A stretch of 64,000 nt of DNA from a virus (lineage: Duplodnaviria; Caudoviricetes): positions 192,001 through 256,000 of IMG/VR virus record IMGVR_UViG_3300021255_002539, one strand, 5' to 3'. The stretch's first letter is position 1. The number at the start of each line of letters is the position of its first letter. This document shows positions 1-11,487 of this stretch, piece after piece. The notes under the pieces were generated by a model. That model saw nothing but the letters and a program-made list of their open reading frames with translations, ran no database searches and had not been told where the DNA came from. A program made the translations under genes and the position numbers.

Positions 1-3000
1 GGTCTGCTGTCCAACCCTACTGTTGAGGTACTGCAAACGACCTCGCAAGCAAGGGCGACTCTGTGTCTATCTGGTCTTGGATGTCCTGGAGGGACTTCCC
101 ACTGTCCGTCGGGTTGCCATGTTCGTCAAGCGCGGCGAGGTTGCCCTCATAACCAGACCCGGCGGTGAGAGCGAGGGTGCCGGACGTAGAGGGTGCAGCA
201 AAGTAACGGACTCCGAGACCATCTCTGTGCACAAGGAAATTGCCTGAGGATGAAAGCAACGTTAAGTTGCTCGATTGTGTGTCTGAGACGGCAATTCCCT
301 CGTCGGTAAGTGATATAGTTGTTTCGCCAAACGTCCCGCCGCTCTTGTCGAGCTTACCATCTATCGAGTTGCTGAGTTCCGAAATGTTCTGTCTGATGGC
401 GGTGTCTGCGTTCGCCCTCGTTGTTGACTCTGCTGTGATGCGCTAATCAACCAACGAGAGTTTTGCCGAAACTGTGGTTGAGTCATTGTACGCGATGTCA
501 GCGCCAGTCAATGTCACATCCGACGAGAGTGGTTGTCCGTTCACAGTGCGCGAGTTCGGGACGACATCGTTTTTCTTGGCAACTACGGTCTCGTCTATCG
601 AAATCACGCCTGGACGCGCTATGTCGTCGGCGGTCGACCTGTCGTAGTAGACGGGCTTCGGCAACGACACCGTGTAGATGCGCCCGATAGTCGTGTTGAT
701 GGTCTTAACCGTCTCGCCCGTCGGTATTGTGGTACTTCCATTCCACGAATAGACCGCGCTTCCAACATCGGCTGGCCCTATGGTGTATCGCAGTTCACGC
801 TCTGTTGTAGTTCCCTCTACACCCCTGTAGGCATAGAGCTTGTTGGGGGTTTCGACAAGACCTGTGCCGACAGTGAAGTCGTCCTTCTTGGCGTCAAACT
901 TGGCATTAACATCTTCAGCAAGCTTCGCCATCGTCACAGTCCCGTCGGTTAACTTGGCGCCGTGAAACGCATTTGTCTTGAAGTGCGTGCTGGTGATGCC
1001 GTTGTTTCCATCGCCTTGTAGCTTCGCATCGCTTATACTGTTGTTCGCGATCTTTTCGTTGGTGATCGCTTGATTGGCGATGTCGGTTGTCGTGATGGAC
1101 CCAGCTGATATTATTTGCGCCTTTGTCACTCCATGGGGGTTGTCTTTGTTGGAGATGTGGTTGGTCAATGTGGAGTCCAATTCCGAGAATCTGTCCTCCA
1201 ACCCAGAGACATCATCAATTTCGTGCGTATGACCCTCAAGGGATGGCTTCTTTCCATCTATCGTGATGTCCTTTGCGGATATCTCGTCCACCTGGAGACC
1301 ATCCACCAAATCCTCCATCTTCACATAGTCCACAAGTTCGGTCTCTATGGAATCGAGCGCCGTCTTGATTGTCCCACTTTCCAGAAGGTTCTTGCTGTTC
1401 GTGGTTGGGGCAGAATCGAACAAATTGTCCTTGAATTTCCCACGAGATATGGACTTGTCAGCCAAGTTCTCGTTCTTCACGCACTCTCTGGTCAAGTGGT
1501 TGGATGTTATGACACCATTCTTGTCGTCCAACTTCTTCGCCAATTCAACCGTCAATTCAGTTTTCTTCACGACAGAATCGACCTTCACAGGTATGATTGG
1601 CTTGAATGTGAATGTTATTGTTGACGCATTTGGAGGGGTGTATGTGAATGTACCAAGGTCGTCCAATGCTGGGTCAGGATATTCGTCTGTTCCAGGCTTC
1701 TTTGGTATCCTTCCCAGTACAGTGGTTCCCCCATTCGTCACCTCTCCTGTGGACTTGTTGTATACCAATGTGTAGCTGTATGTGGAAAAGAACCATTTGT
1801 ATGGGGTTTCTTCTGTTCCATCATATACATATGTTCCTGGGTTGGATCCATCCCTAATCCACTTCGTGTCCTGTATGCTGCCAGTGTTGTTCTGGTATAT
1901 TGCGCAGTCTCCAGAGATGAATGTGTCATTCCCGCCAGTTACAGGAAACAGCTTTCTTGCTTCAATCCCTATCTTCTGCACCAGACCACTTGTTATCCCC
2001 GAGTTGATGGCTGCCCATTGGTCTGCCGTGAAGGACGAGTTGTTCAATGTCCATTCGTACTCCCATTGGAATGTAGCTGGCTCCACGCCCTCTTCTGATG
2101 TCTTGACGCACTTGTACCTCTCAATCCTCTCGAACACAGTTGGTTCGCTGTCGTCGTGGGGTATCTCCACGAATGCGTAGTCGTTGTCGTCGTAGGTGAG
2201 GTGCTTGGCGTCTATTGCCTCCTGCAGCTTTTCTGCGATTTGCTCGTGTGTTGCTGTATTGGGAAGTCCAAGGTTCTCGTGGTTGTTGTACGTTCCCTTG
2301 AAGCTCGCTGTGTTCGTCTGGATGGACGAATTCACGAAGACCTTGTCGGCCAGTTCGTTCCCATCCTCGTATGCTTGGTCTGGTATCACGCCTTGGATTG
2401 AGGACAATGTGCTGTCAACTTCTACGAACTTGTCGTCTATCTCGCCAAACTTCTCATCGACATGCTCCGACAAGTTGGATATTGTGGAATTCACTTGGTT
2501 GAATCCCTCGCGCATCTCCTCCCTTGTCGCCTCGTCTTCCTCGTCAACATATTCCCTCAGTTGGGATATTGTGGAATCCACCTAATCGAATCTGTCATCT
2601 GTGTATTCGCGCAGCTCTTGTATGTCGCCATCAAGTCGGTCAACCTCGTCGTCGACGTGCTTTGACAGATTGGATATGGTGGAATCAACTCGCTCGAACC
2701 TGTCGTCGGTGTACTCCCTGAGGTCAGATATCGTGCTGTCCAGACGGGCTATCTCATCCTCCACATGTTCACCCAAGGTGGATATTGTGCTGTCAATGCG
2801 CTCGACCTCGTTGTACACGCCACCACTGGATATTGGTCTGTCTGACCCATCAACTGGCGCATCGTCTATAACCAGCCTGTCGTTGGGTATCTTGCAGTTG
2901 CCGGCGCCATCTTCCTCCACCACGATGTGTCCCTTGTACGCCAGGGAGTTGGGGGTGTCGTTCGTCCCTGTGCCGAGTTCCACAGCATTGTCGCCAATTG

Positions 3001-3694
3001 CGGTTGCCTCGTATCCAAACGCCAACGCCCCACTTTCGGAGCTTTCAACCATCGCCCTTCTGCCAGCAGCCACATTCTTGCCATTCTTCCAAGACACGAA
3101 CATTGGCTCGTCGTGCGCCCTGCCAGCAGGAGCCACTATCCTGTCCTCGTTCAACCCACCTTCTGGCCCCAGCCTGTAGCCAAGCAGGTTCTCGTCTGTC
3201 CTCTCTGCGGCAATCTCGTCAATCCCGGTGGCAACCTTGTCAATCTCGTCGTCGTACCATTGGAGGTTGATCGAGGTTGAACTGCCCTTTGGTTGGGTCA
3301 CGGCCCTCCAGTCCTATGTTCCATCGTCGAACTTGACTTCCCATCTTCCATCGTTGCGCAGCACCATCTTGAGTTCGTGCCCGTACGCATCGAACTTCGG
3401 AACCACCTCCCACTCTCCAAATGCTGGCTCCCTTTTGTCTATCTCAATTGGGAACAACTCGACATGCTCTGTGAGGTCAACTACCCTTCTGCCACCTTCT
3501 GCTGTCGGCGTTATGTTCTTGCCATCCACCCTTACATCGCCAACGAATATGTCCCGGACATCCTTGGTCTCGTTCGTGTTTGGGTTCCTGGACATGATTG
3601 TGCCGTGGAACTCGTTGTCCTTGTTGGTGAACTTCACCTGCTCGGTCGACTCGTTGCCAATTGGGTTTACGGAAATGTATTTCTTCTCAGCCAT
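1..3694 (-). CDS. Long tail-fibre/adhesin-like protein (>1230 aa, runs off the left edge); read through 4 in-frame TAG codons
   Basis: ORFs 3314-3736, 2582-3301, 443-2581 and 17-259 are in one frame and separated only by TAG (3314, 2582, 443, 17). Start taken at MAEKKY (3694), which has a GAGGT RBS and lies downstream of a late promoter at 3739-3745. Contains 18-aa coiled-coil repeats (VDSTISxLxExxD), GHTH and NPHGVTKAQI fibre motifs, and modules shared with the fibres at 30586 and 33822. Confidence 0.8.
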
Positions 3695-3738
3695 CTTTGT
3701 GTACCTCAATGGGTTTTGTGCTATTGCGTTTTCCATTG

Positions 3739-3770
3739 TATTTACAATTTCGGACCTCCAAAGGTAAATA
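3739..3770. promoter_or_regulatory. Divergent pair of late-type promoters TATTTAC-N18-GTAAATA
   Basis: Same 18-nt spacing at 7404-7435 and 30522-30553. Motif resembles the T4 late promoter TATAAATA. Confidence 0.7.
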
Positions 3771-3780
3771 CAACATAGTT

Positions 3781-5346
3781 ATGGCAGACGAAACCGACAA
3801 CAAAGTGTACTTCAACGAGTTCTTCGAGAGCTATCCCAGTCTTCCGAAGGAGGAATTGAGGAAGTGGCTGGAGGAGAAGCGCAGGCACAAGCCCTCCTTT
3901 GTGGAATACCCATGCGTCAACAACCTCACGAGGAGGGACATATGGGAGGACAGGGCGAAGTTCTACTTCCTGCCATTCCTCATCAACTGCTACAAGTTCA
4001 CCAAGTTCCAGAAGCTGCCATATTTCGCAATCCCAGTATCCCCAACCTGCATGTTCTACAGGGACAGGCTGCACCAACGCAACTTCATGGACACCATATG
4101 GCAGGCGTTCTTCAAGTGTCTGGACATGTGCATCCCACAAGGCGAGAAGATAATGCTTTTGGTGCAAAAGAGGTTCCATGTGTTCAACCCAATTGATGGC
4201 GGGACACAACAGCTCTACAACATGTTGTGGGATGTAGACCTATCCCCTGTGGCGAAGAGCGTTCTGCTCCCTCCACCACAAATGGGTATGATGTCAGGGA
4301 GGATGGGAATTCCAGGACTTGTTGGTACATCCACCACAGAGAACAAACTGGGTTGGGACAGAGACGACTTGAACCCAGATGTGCCAGAAGAAGGTGTTGA
4401 GTTGATGAGGACGACACTCTGGTTGATGGACGACCTCGAATTCCTCTGCAAGAGGTACGACATATGTGATCAGTACCACTCGAAGGAGGTAATAGACTTG
4501 TCCAAGTACCCAGAGGAGAAGTGGCCGATATACGAGAAGACAGCCAGGGACTTCTACTTCAAGGTGTTCGAGCCAAAGGACAACCCAGACGACCCAGACG
4601 AACCATCTGCTTCATCTGATTCAGATTGGGATTCGTCAGACGACGACTTCGATCCAATAAGCACAGAGACAGACTTGCTGGATTCAACGACAGACTTCAA
4701 GGAGGACGAAGAGGAAATGAACCGTATAATATCGTTTTTCGCCAAGATGCCAAAGGTGACGAAGCTCGTTCAGGGCATGCTTGACATGATGGGGGCGTTG
4801 ACGCGCATTCTGCCCCTGGTGATAATGAAGATAGACGACCCGAAGTTGAAGGGGGCGTTGGAGAGAACCATCAACATATTGGGCGTTGGCATAACCAAGA
4901 CGCTCAAGATATGCGGCTATCTGGGCATAAAGGTTCAGAGAAAGCAGGGAGACGCGATAAGCCAGATAGTGAAGAACAGGTTCAACAAGAACAAGAACAA
5001 GCAGGACTTCCTGGAGTACGAGATAGAGGAATTGGACAAGTACATCGAGGAACTGGGGAAGATTGACGATGGCAAGGATGACGAGGACGAAGACGACGAG
5101 GATGGCAAGCACATGAAGGGTCAGATACCAGTCATCGTCAAGCAATCCGACCTCTATCCCCAGAAGATGCCATTGCGCCCACATGGACCACAACCAGACC
5201 ACGCAATCGTAGTCCCAGTCAAGGATGGCAGGATAGTTGACAAGGAAGGAAAGCCGTTGCCACCCCCACCACCAAAGATCAAGTGGATAACGGACGAGGA
5301 TGGCAAGAAAAAGAAAAGGGAGCCGGATGGCGAGTGGAACACCTGA
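3781..5346 (+). CDS. Hypothetical protein with acidic tracts (521 aa)
   Basis: Long ORF with phage-typical codon usage. Start MADETDNK lies just downstream of the GTAAATA motif at 3764. Ends TGA. Confidence 0.75.
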   Translation: MADETDNKVYFNEFFESYPSLPKEELRKWLEEKRRHKPSFVEYPCVNNLTRRDIWEDRAKFYFLPFLINCYKFTKFQKLPYFAIPVSPTCMFYRDRLHQRNFMDTIWQAFFKCLDMCIPQGEKIMLLVQKRFHVFNPIDGGTQQLYNMLWDVDLSPVAKSVLLPPPQMGMMSGRMGIPGLVGTSTTENKLGWDRDDLNPDVPEEGVELMRTTLWLMDDLEFLCKRYDICDQYHSKEVIDLSKYPEEKWPIYEKTARDFYFKVFEPKDNPDDPDEPSASSDSDWDSSDDDFDPISTETDLLDSTTDFKEDEEEMNRIISFFAKMPKVTKLVQGMLDMMGALTRILPLVIMKIDDPKLKGALERTINILGVGITKTLKICGYLGIKVQRKQGDAISQIVKNRFNKNKNKQDFLEYEIEELDKYIEELGKIDDGKDDEDEDDEDGKHMKGQIPVIVKQSDLYPQKMPLRPHGPQPDHAIVVPVKDGRIVDKEGKPLPPPPPKIKWITDEDGKKKKREPDGEWNT

Positions 5347-5428
5347 TTATATGACTTTTATTTAAAAGCATAATGAATTATTCAAATTCATCATTTGATT
5401 TTAACAATTTCAATAATATTTTCAACTG

Positions 5429-6394
5429 TCACTTTCCATATCTAATGATGGAATCATCGTCAAAAGCATTATCTGAAATTTCTGGGTTTCCGAGGATTCT
5501 GACCTCTTTTAGTTTTTCGCAATCAGCAAATGCAAGAGTTCCAATGTATGTTACACTCTTTGGTACCGTCACGGATGTTAATTCAGGACAGCACTAAAAC
5601 ATCTAACTATGAATCCTTTCTATATTGTTAGATAGTTTAACATTCATTAAACTAGAACATCCAGCAAATTCGGCACATCCCATTTCCATTACACTATTTG
5701 GAATCTTTATGCTCGTAAGGCTACTGCAATCATGAAAAGTATAACCAATAAACTTAATTACACTATCTGGAATTACTACATTTTTCAAATTTTTGCATTT
5801 CTCAAACGCGCACAATCCTATCTCCTCGACCCCATAGGGAATAATCACTTTTTCAAGACTCTCGCAATATCTGAACGCCTCTTGCCCAATGCTTTTTACG
5901 CTGTCAGGAATAATTACTTTGGTGAGACTTTCACAAAGTGCAAATGTACCTTGTCTAATGTATTGTATTCCTGATGGAATCGTTATTTTTTTAAGGCTTT
6001 TGCAACAACAAAACGCCATCCTGCCAATATTTGATACATTGGGTGGTATTTCTACTTTGATGAGATTATTGCAGTCATAAAACGCATAATCTCCGATACT
6101 TTCCACCGAGTCTGGAATTACAACTTTGCTCAAACGGTAGCACTCGTAGAACGCTTTGTTACCAATGGATTTGACTCCGCTTGGAATTACAGCAATTCTT
6201 CTCTTTCCATTATATTTCACCAAAACACCATTGTCAATATCAAATTCACCATCAGACTCGTTAAACTTCAGTATTTTTCCCTTGTCCGTCTTGAACAGAT
6301 TTCCTGATTCGGAGACATATTCAAGCTTGCCGTACTTCTCCGTGAAGTATTGGCTTTTCTGAAAAGCCTCCTTCGTTATGTTCAATTTCTTCAT
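5429..6394 (-). CDS. BspA-type leucine-rich-repeat protein with N-terminal MKKLNITK leader (321 aa, 2 in-frame TAG)
   Basis: IPDSVxSIGxxAFxxCxxL repeats continue past TAGs at 5603 and 5594 (..VTVPKSVTYIGTLAFADCEKL..) to TGA at 5429. GAGG RBS. Confidence 0.85.
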
Positions 6395-6428
6395 TGTTTG
6401 TTTCCTCAATTGGTTATTACTATTTACA

Positions 6429-7379
6429 TTAAACTATCTTCAAGACCTGACCTGGCTTTATCACATCTGACTTGAGGCCGTTGAGCTGCTTTATCTGCTC
6501 GACCTTCTTCATGTTCTTGCCAGCGATGGCATAGAGGGTGTCGCCATCCTTGACAGTGTATTCCTTGGTTTTGGTGGAGGCGACCATTTGTGGCACATGT
6601 GTCTGGTGTGTGGGTTTCTGCAGCTTCTTCCTCAAGTTGCTGGCGTGCCTTGTTTGATCCTTTAGTTCGCCCACGATGTGGTGTCCTACAGTCTCTGGCT
6701 CAATCAACTGGGATGCCCAATACGGACTGCACTTCTTTGGGTTGTAGTATGCGTTCCACTTGTCGTTTTCAGGCGTGTAAGTCCCATCTACTGCCTAAGT
6801 TGCCAGATCAACGCATGTATTCCATAGGTTGTACTCCTTCCCATGTCCTGTTTTCACGCATTTCGGGAACTTTATCTCGTAGGTGGATGGCTGCTTCTCT
6901 GACTTTGGTTTGCCGTTCCAGCACGAGAATTGAGATGGTCTAAGGCATTCCTCAGCCAATTGACTTGCCATTCCACCACCCGCTCTGTTCCAAATCACAG
7001 TCATTGACATATTAAGCCCAGCCTTGCCATCTTCCCTTGCCTCCATGTACAATGTCCTTGCGACTATGTTCAGTATCTGGGATCTCCTCCATCTTCCTAT
7101 CCTGGGATCCTCGACCTTGGACTTCTCCACGGCGTCTGCTATGTCCTGCTTCGTTACAGTCGCCCGTCCTCCTTGCTCAGCCTGCTTGTTAGCCTTTGCC
7201 ACCTTGCCAAGCTCCTGCTTGAATTCTGCCGCATTCACTATTCCAGACGATCCAAGCAGAAACGCCAGTGCCCCAAGTGAAATCAGATTTCCGATTCCCT
7301 CCTGCACAAGCTCTTCGTCGACTATGTTCAAAACGATGTCGTCCAGGTTTTCCTGTGGTTCTATTCTCTTCCAGCCCAT
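6429..7379 (-). CDS. SleB/CwlJ-like cell-wall hydrolase with C-terminal LysM domain (316 aa, 1 in-frame TAG)
   Basis: ARTLYMEAR..VIWNR..QFSCWN core. Readthrough of TAG at 6795 restores the C-terminal half (AYYNPKKCSPYWASQL..VGHH) and joins the LysM domain (YTVKDGDTLYAIA..LNGLKSDVIKPGQVLKI). Confidence 0.85.
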
Positions 7380-7403
7380 TCTCGTAGTATCTCCGTTTTG
7401 CCC

Positions 7404-7435
7404 TATTTACCATTTCGCGCCATCCATTGTAAATA
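7404..7435. promoter_or_regulatory. Divergent pair of late-type promoters TATTTAC-N18-GTAAATA
   Basis: Between divergent genes 7379(-) and 7469(+). Confidence 0.7.
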
Positions 7436-7468
7436 CAATAGAACCAACAACATTACAGGTGAACTACA

Positions 7469-8539
7469 ATGGCATTTGACACGACAAACAACAAGGCGAC
7501 AAGGCTTGCCCCAGATGGGATAGTCCAGGTTGATGATGGGACTGGCGGGAACAATGGAACAGAACTGACCAACTTGGTTCAGCAAACAGTTGACTCGAAT
7601 GTGATTGCCACGCAGTCATGGGTATCGAGGCTATTGCGCAGGTTTTGTTGGTGGACGAAGGTGTTCCACACGGATGTGCTTCATGTCGCCACCGAGACCC
7701 ACACACCCTACCTCAAGTCTGACACGATTGAGTCCAACGACATCTACGCGAAGGGCTTGACATTGGTTGGGGAGAATGGCGCGATGGTGAGGCTTTCCAT
7801 TGGACCAGATGGCAGGTTGAATATATCCGACACCTTCTGCGATGTGTTCGTCTACCCCACCAACAATGTGTTCGTGAGGGAATACCTCTATCGGGACCAC
7901 GAGAAAGTGGCGAAGAACTTCATCGGGCTTACTGAGTGGCAGGTTCTCTTGAACTTCGTGCCATTCGTCAATTGCAGAAGGGTTCAGCACAATGGGTACA
8001 CATGCCAGTTCCTCTGCCGCTCCGATGGCGAGGACGACTTGGTGAACCACACTTTGCTCTTCACGATGCACACAAACAAGGTCGCAAAGGATGTCGTTGT
8101 CGTGGACGAGGATGGGAACGAGGTGCAGAGGTTTTCGCTTCCAGAGCAGGATGGCATAAGGCAGCTCACGGTGAACCTGCCACACTTCAAGAACCCAAAC
8201 ACAGGTGAGATAGTCAATGTGCCCCTGCCAAAGGTGGATCCAACTTGGACTGGCACCGACACCACAGCTGTGTTCCCATCCCCAATTCCACCTCCAAGTT
8301 GCTCTGGGTTCGTACCTCCACCAGCAAGTGGCACCCTTCCTGAGCCAACATACCCTGGGGACGACATCTTCAACGACGATTCTGATGTGGACTATGGGCA
8401 ATTGGATCCAGATGTGGACTACGAGGTCCTGAACGAGGTGTACTCCACCAACACCTACTACAACATCGTCCTCAAGAGAAGCGACTTCCCACACGCGGCG
8501 AAGACGCTGTTCCTTTTGGTCGAGACAACCCCAGGCTAA
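7469..8539 (+). CDS. Hypothetical protein, probably virion-associated (356 aa, Pro-rich segment)
   Basis: Long ORF preceded by GTAAATA (7429) and an AGGTG RBS. Ends TAA. Confidence 0.7.
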   Translation: MAFDTTNNKATRLAPDGIVQVDDGTGGNNGTELTNLVQQTVDSNVIATQSWVSRLLRRFCWWTKVFHTDVLHVATETHTPYLKSDTIESNDIYAKGLTLVGENGAMVRLSIGPDGRLNISDTFCDVFVYPTNNVFVREYLYRDHEKVAKNFIGLTEWQVLLNFVPFVNCRRVQHNGYTCQFLCRSDGEDDLVNHTLLFTMHTNKVAKDVVVVDEDGNEVQRFSLPEQDGIRQLTVNLPHFKNPNTGEIVNVPLPKVDPTWTGTDTTAVFPSPIPPPSCSGFVPPPASGTLPEPTYPGDDIFNDDSDVDYGQLDPDVDYEVLNEVYSTNTYYNIVLKRSDFPHAAKTLFLLVETTPG

Positions 8540-9250
8540 TCAATCCACCAACCCAACTTCCTCTGGTCTGGGAAACCCAAGCTTGAACACCTCTTCTGGG
8601 GTGATGTTATCCTTCTTTGGGTCCAGATGCACGACTCCATCTATGTACTGGAACGTCGTGTACCATGTGAACCCATGTTGGTTGCTCATGGATGTGCCAA
8701 CTTGGTTGTACTGGATGAACAGGTTCCTCTTCGACGCCAATATCCTGCCTCTGTCGATGCAGGTGTTGTTGATTGCCCAGAATGGCGCGTCAGACACATG
8801 GTACTTGTCGAAGGTGTCCAGGAACCTGCCATATCCACCCTTGAACACGATGTAGGCGTGGGTGCCATATCCAACGAACCCCTCTATGAACTGGTCTGAC
8901 TCGCCGTCCTTCTTCCAATTACACGAGTTCCCCAGTACCAGGGAGTCGCAATCAGGAACATCAGAGAGCAGGTCCTTCAGATGGTCAACCACGCCATTGA
9001 TCGGCCAGGCGTCGTCCTCGAACACGCACACGAAGTCCCAATTGCGCTTCTTTGCATATTCCACGATGCCCTTGTGCGATTGGCAGCAATTGTACACTGG
9101 GGAATTCCACCACTCTGAATGACCTGTCCATTTCTTGGGCAGTGGACAGAGATTGTGGTGCTTGAACACCTGCTTGAATGTCCTGTACCTGCAATCGTCT
9201 ATGGTCAACACAAACGAGTGCTTCAGTAGTTCCTTTAGTTCGATTCTCAA
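8540..9250 (-). CDS. Glycosyltransferase family 25-like protein
   Basis: CxxSH..VFEDDA and GTHAYIV motifs typical of GT25. TTG start with AGGAGAG RBS. Confidence 0.7.
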   Translation of the reverse strand: MRIELKELLKHSFVLTIDDCRYRTFKQVFKHHNLCPLPKKWTGHSEWWNSPVYNCCQSHKGIVEYAKKRNWDFVCVFEDDAWPINGVVDHLKDLLSDVPDCDSLVLGNSCNWKKDGESDQFIEGFVGYGTHAYIVFKGGYGRFLDTFDKYHVSDAPFWAINNTCIDRGRILASKRNLFIQYNQVGTSMSNQHGFTWYTTFQYIDGVVHLDPKKDNITPEEVFKLGFPRPEEVGLVD

Positions 9251-9268
9251 GTTCGCGCTCTCCTTTCG

Positions 9269-11356
9269 TCAGTAGTTGTTCCTGGACATCAAGTTGAGGT
9301 TCTTGTTGACGACCCTTATCCTCTGCTTCAGTTCCTCCTCAGTGTTGGTGTAGAGGACTGGGTACATGAATGGCTCAAGCGATATGTTGCCACTCTTCAC
9401 CTGCAGGTCGTCAGCGAGATCAACCAGGTCGGTGTTGGTGCAGAACACAGCCATGGAGATTCCATGCGTATATATTGGCGATTCGTTCTTTCCCGATTGG
9501 TAGACCGTGTATATGTCAGACACCTGTGGCATCTTCTCCATTATCAAGTTCACGATGTCGTTGGTGTTGAAGGAACCAAATCCAACCTGCCTGTTCCTGA
9601 CATTGAAGAAGTAGGACAAGAGGGAGCATACGCGCTCCATCACCTCGTTGGACGAGATCGAGTAGTCGTCGTTGATTCTGACCTCCAGCCAGGAGGCGTC
9701 GTAGTCCCCATCGTCCCCCCGTATTGTTGGAACTGTCGTGTGTCCATTGGATTCGAGGTACAACTTGGCATCCTCCTCGGGGACACTGGATATCTCGCAC
9801 CTCATTTGGATTGCTGGCATCAAAACTGGCTCGTGGCACATGTCCTTCAAGTCGAACATCATGGACTTGCACCTCTGGATCATCTGGTCGTAGTTGATGT
9901 CTGACACATCTCCGAAGTTCGTGATGTACCAGATGTAGACGTTGTTGGAGTCAACTGCGTCAGATAGCGCCGCACCACCATACTTCGTGAACCTCGCAGG
10001 GTTGAGGTAGTACCTGGGGTTTCCATCGTGGTTCTTCACGCCAAGTTGGTTGAGCCATCTGTAGAAGGTCGCCACATACTCCCAGTTGTTCATCACCTTC
10101 ACTGAGTTGAACATCCCAGATATGGATGGTTCGTTCATGACGAAGAACTCGTAGTCCTCCTTCGTCACGAGCCTGTTGTTCATCTTGAACCAATGTGGTG
10201 CCCGCTCCCTTATCTCGTCTGGACCCTCCTCCCTGACTGCTGATGTCGAGCTTGTCAACACAGAGCAATCAAGCAAATCTACATTCGTCTCGCCAGGGAA
10301 CAACTTGTCGTAGAGTTCCTGGGATATGCCAAGCATCGCGGCGTCGTGTCTGAACTGCAGTTTGTCTGAAGCTGGCGTCACGCCACCTTGCATTCCCTGC
10401 GTCTCCAGGTAGAACACATACAGTTCTGAATTTGGCGTCAACTTCCTGGTGGTCACGCCATCGCCGAACTTCAACACCAGTTGCTTAATCTCGTTCAATT
10501 CCACATTGAACACATTGTCGTCCTCCCCACCAAGTCCATTGTAGAGGAAGTTGTGGAGTTGGTCTGTGTCGTTCACATTTGGCAGACCCTTGAACAGACC
10601 TTGTTGCGTTGGGTGGAACACATTCACGGTGGTTCTGCCCCAGTCAATCTCGTCTGGGTTGTCTTGCTTCGTTTGCTTCACAACCTCCACTGCGAATATG
10701 TGGGATGTGGTGGCGTACTTTTGCTCGTCCATCTCGCTCCGCACCATTGGCATCACGAATGTCTCGTAGTCGGTTCCATTGGGCGTGAACACAGTCGAAT
10801 ACCGCTTCCAAACGCCATTGTGCAGAACGATGTCGTATGGCTTTCCTGACTCCAGATTCCTGGGGATTTGACACTCTTGCCAGTGGTATGGACAATAGGA
10901 GTAGTACTTGCCCTCCTTCGTCGAGACCATGGCGAATGGGGGTATGGACACATTGCGCGTCACTGGGTTCTGCACCAAGTCCCCTGCATTGGAGAGTCTG
11001 AACATCGCCGTGCTTGGCGTAATGCCCTTTGCGTTGTAGCCAATCAACTTCGCAATCCTCACGATGTTCTCGTAGTATTGGGACTGGGAGAACATGGATT
11101 CGGAAGCAGCATGGTTCAATTGATAGGACAGTGTCTGGTACATCGTAGCAACAAGATCCACCAATATCGCCAGGTTGCTGCCTGGGTAGACCTGATCCCT
11201 GGTTGCTGGATCCTCTATGAGTTTCCTGATAATCAAGTCCCTCATCTGGTAGGCATTAAAACAAGCCAGTTTAATGGGAAAGTCCTTGGACAAGGTAACA
11301 TTGTCCTTTGAAAACCTCTTCTGGTCGTCGTAGTTTGAGTTCTTTGAAATAGCCAT
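9269..11356 (-). CDS. Baseplate wedge subunit, T4 gp6-like (695 aa)
   Basis: GSNLAILVDL..ESMFSQSQYYENIVRIAKLIGY, LKFGDG and EIRERAP..NRLVTKEDY motifs characteristic of gp6. Late promoter at 11389-11395. Confidence 0.85.
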   Translation of the reverse strand: MAISKNSNYDDQKRFSKDNVTLSKDFPIKLACFNAYQMRDLIIRKLIEDPATRDQVYPGSNLAILVDLVATMYQTLSYQLNHAASESMFSQSQYYENIVRIAKLIGYNAKGITPSTAMFRLSNAGDLVQNPVTRNVSIPPFAMVSTKEGKYYSYCPYHWQECQIPRNLESGKPYDIVLHNGVWKRYSTVFTPNGTDYETFVMPMVRSEMDEQKYATTSHIFAVEVVKQTKQDNPDEIDWGRTTVNVFHPTQQGLFKGLPNVNDTDQLHNFLYNGLGGEDDNVFNVELNEIKQLVLKFGDGVTTRKLTPNSELYVFYLETQGMQGGVTPASDKLQFRHDAAMLGISQELYDKLFPGETNVDLLDCSVLTSSTSAVREEGPDEIRERAPHWFKMNNRLVTKEDYEFFVMNEPSISGMFNSVKVMNNWEYVATFYRWLNQLGVKNHDGNPRYYLNPARFTKYGGAALSDAVDSNNVYIWYITNFGDVSDINYDQMIQRCKSMMFDLKDMCHEPVLMPAIQMRCEISSVPEEDAKLYLESNGHTTVPTIRGDDGDYDASWLEVRINDDYSISSNEVMERVCSLLSYFFNVRNRQVGFGSFNTNDIVNLIMEKMPQVSDIYTVYQSGKNESPIYTHGISMAVFCTNTDLVDLADDLQVKSGNISLEPFMYPVLYTNTEEELKQRIRVVNKNLNLMSRNNY

Positions 11357-11388
11357 TGTTCTGTCTCTGTTGGTTTTTCTCGCTTTGC

Positions 11389-11460
11389 TATTTACCATTA
11401 AAAACTTTTTTCAAAAAACTGCAAAACATCCCTCGGTTTTTGTCCGTTTTTGCGTAAATA
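11389..11460. promoter_or_regulatory. Divergent late-type promoters for gp6-like and scaffold/MCP genes
   Basis: TATTTAC at 11389-11395 and GTAAATA at 11454-11460. Confidence 0.7.
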
Positions 11461-11487
11461 TATGTAGACTTTGAAAAAGGAACTTCC

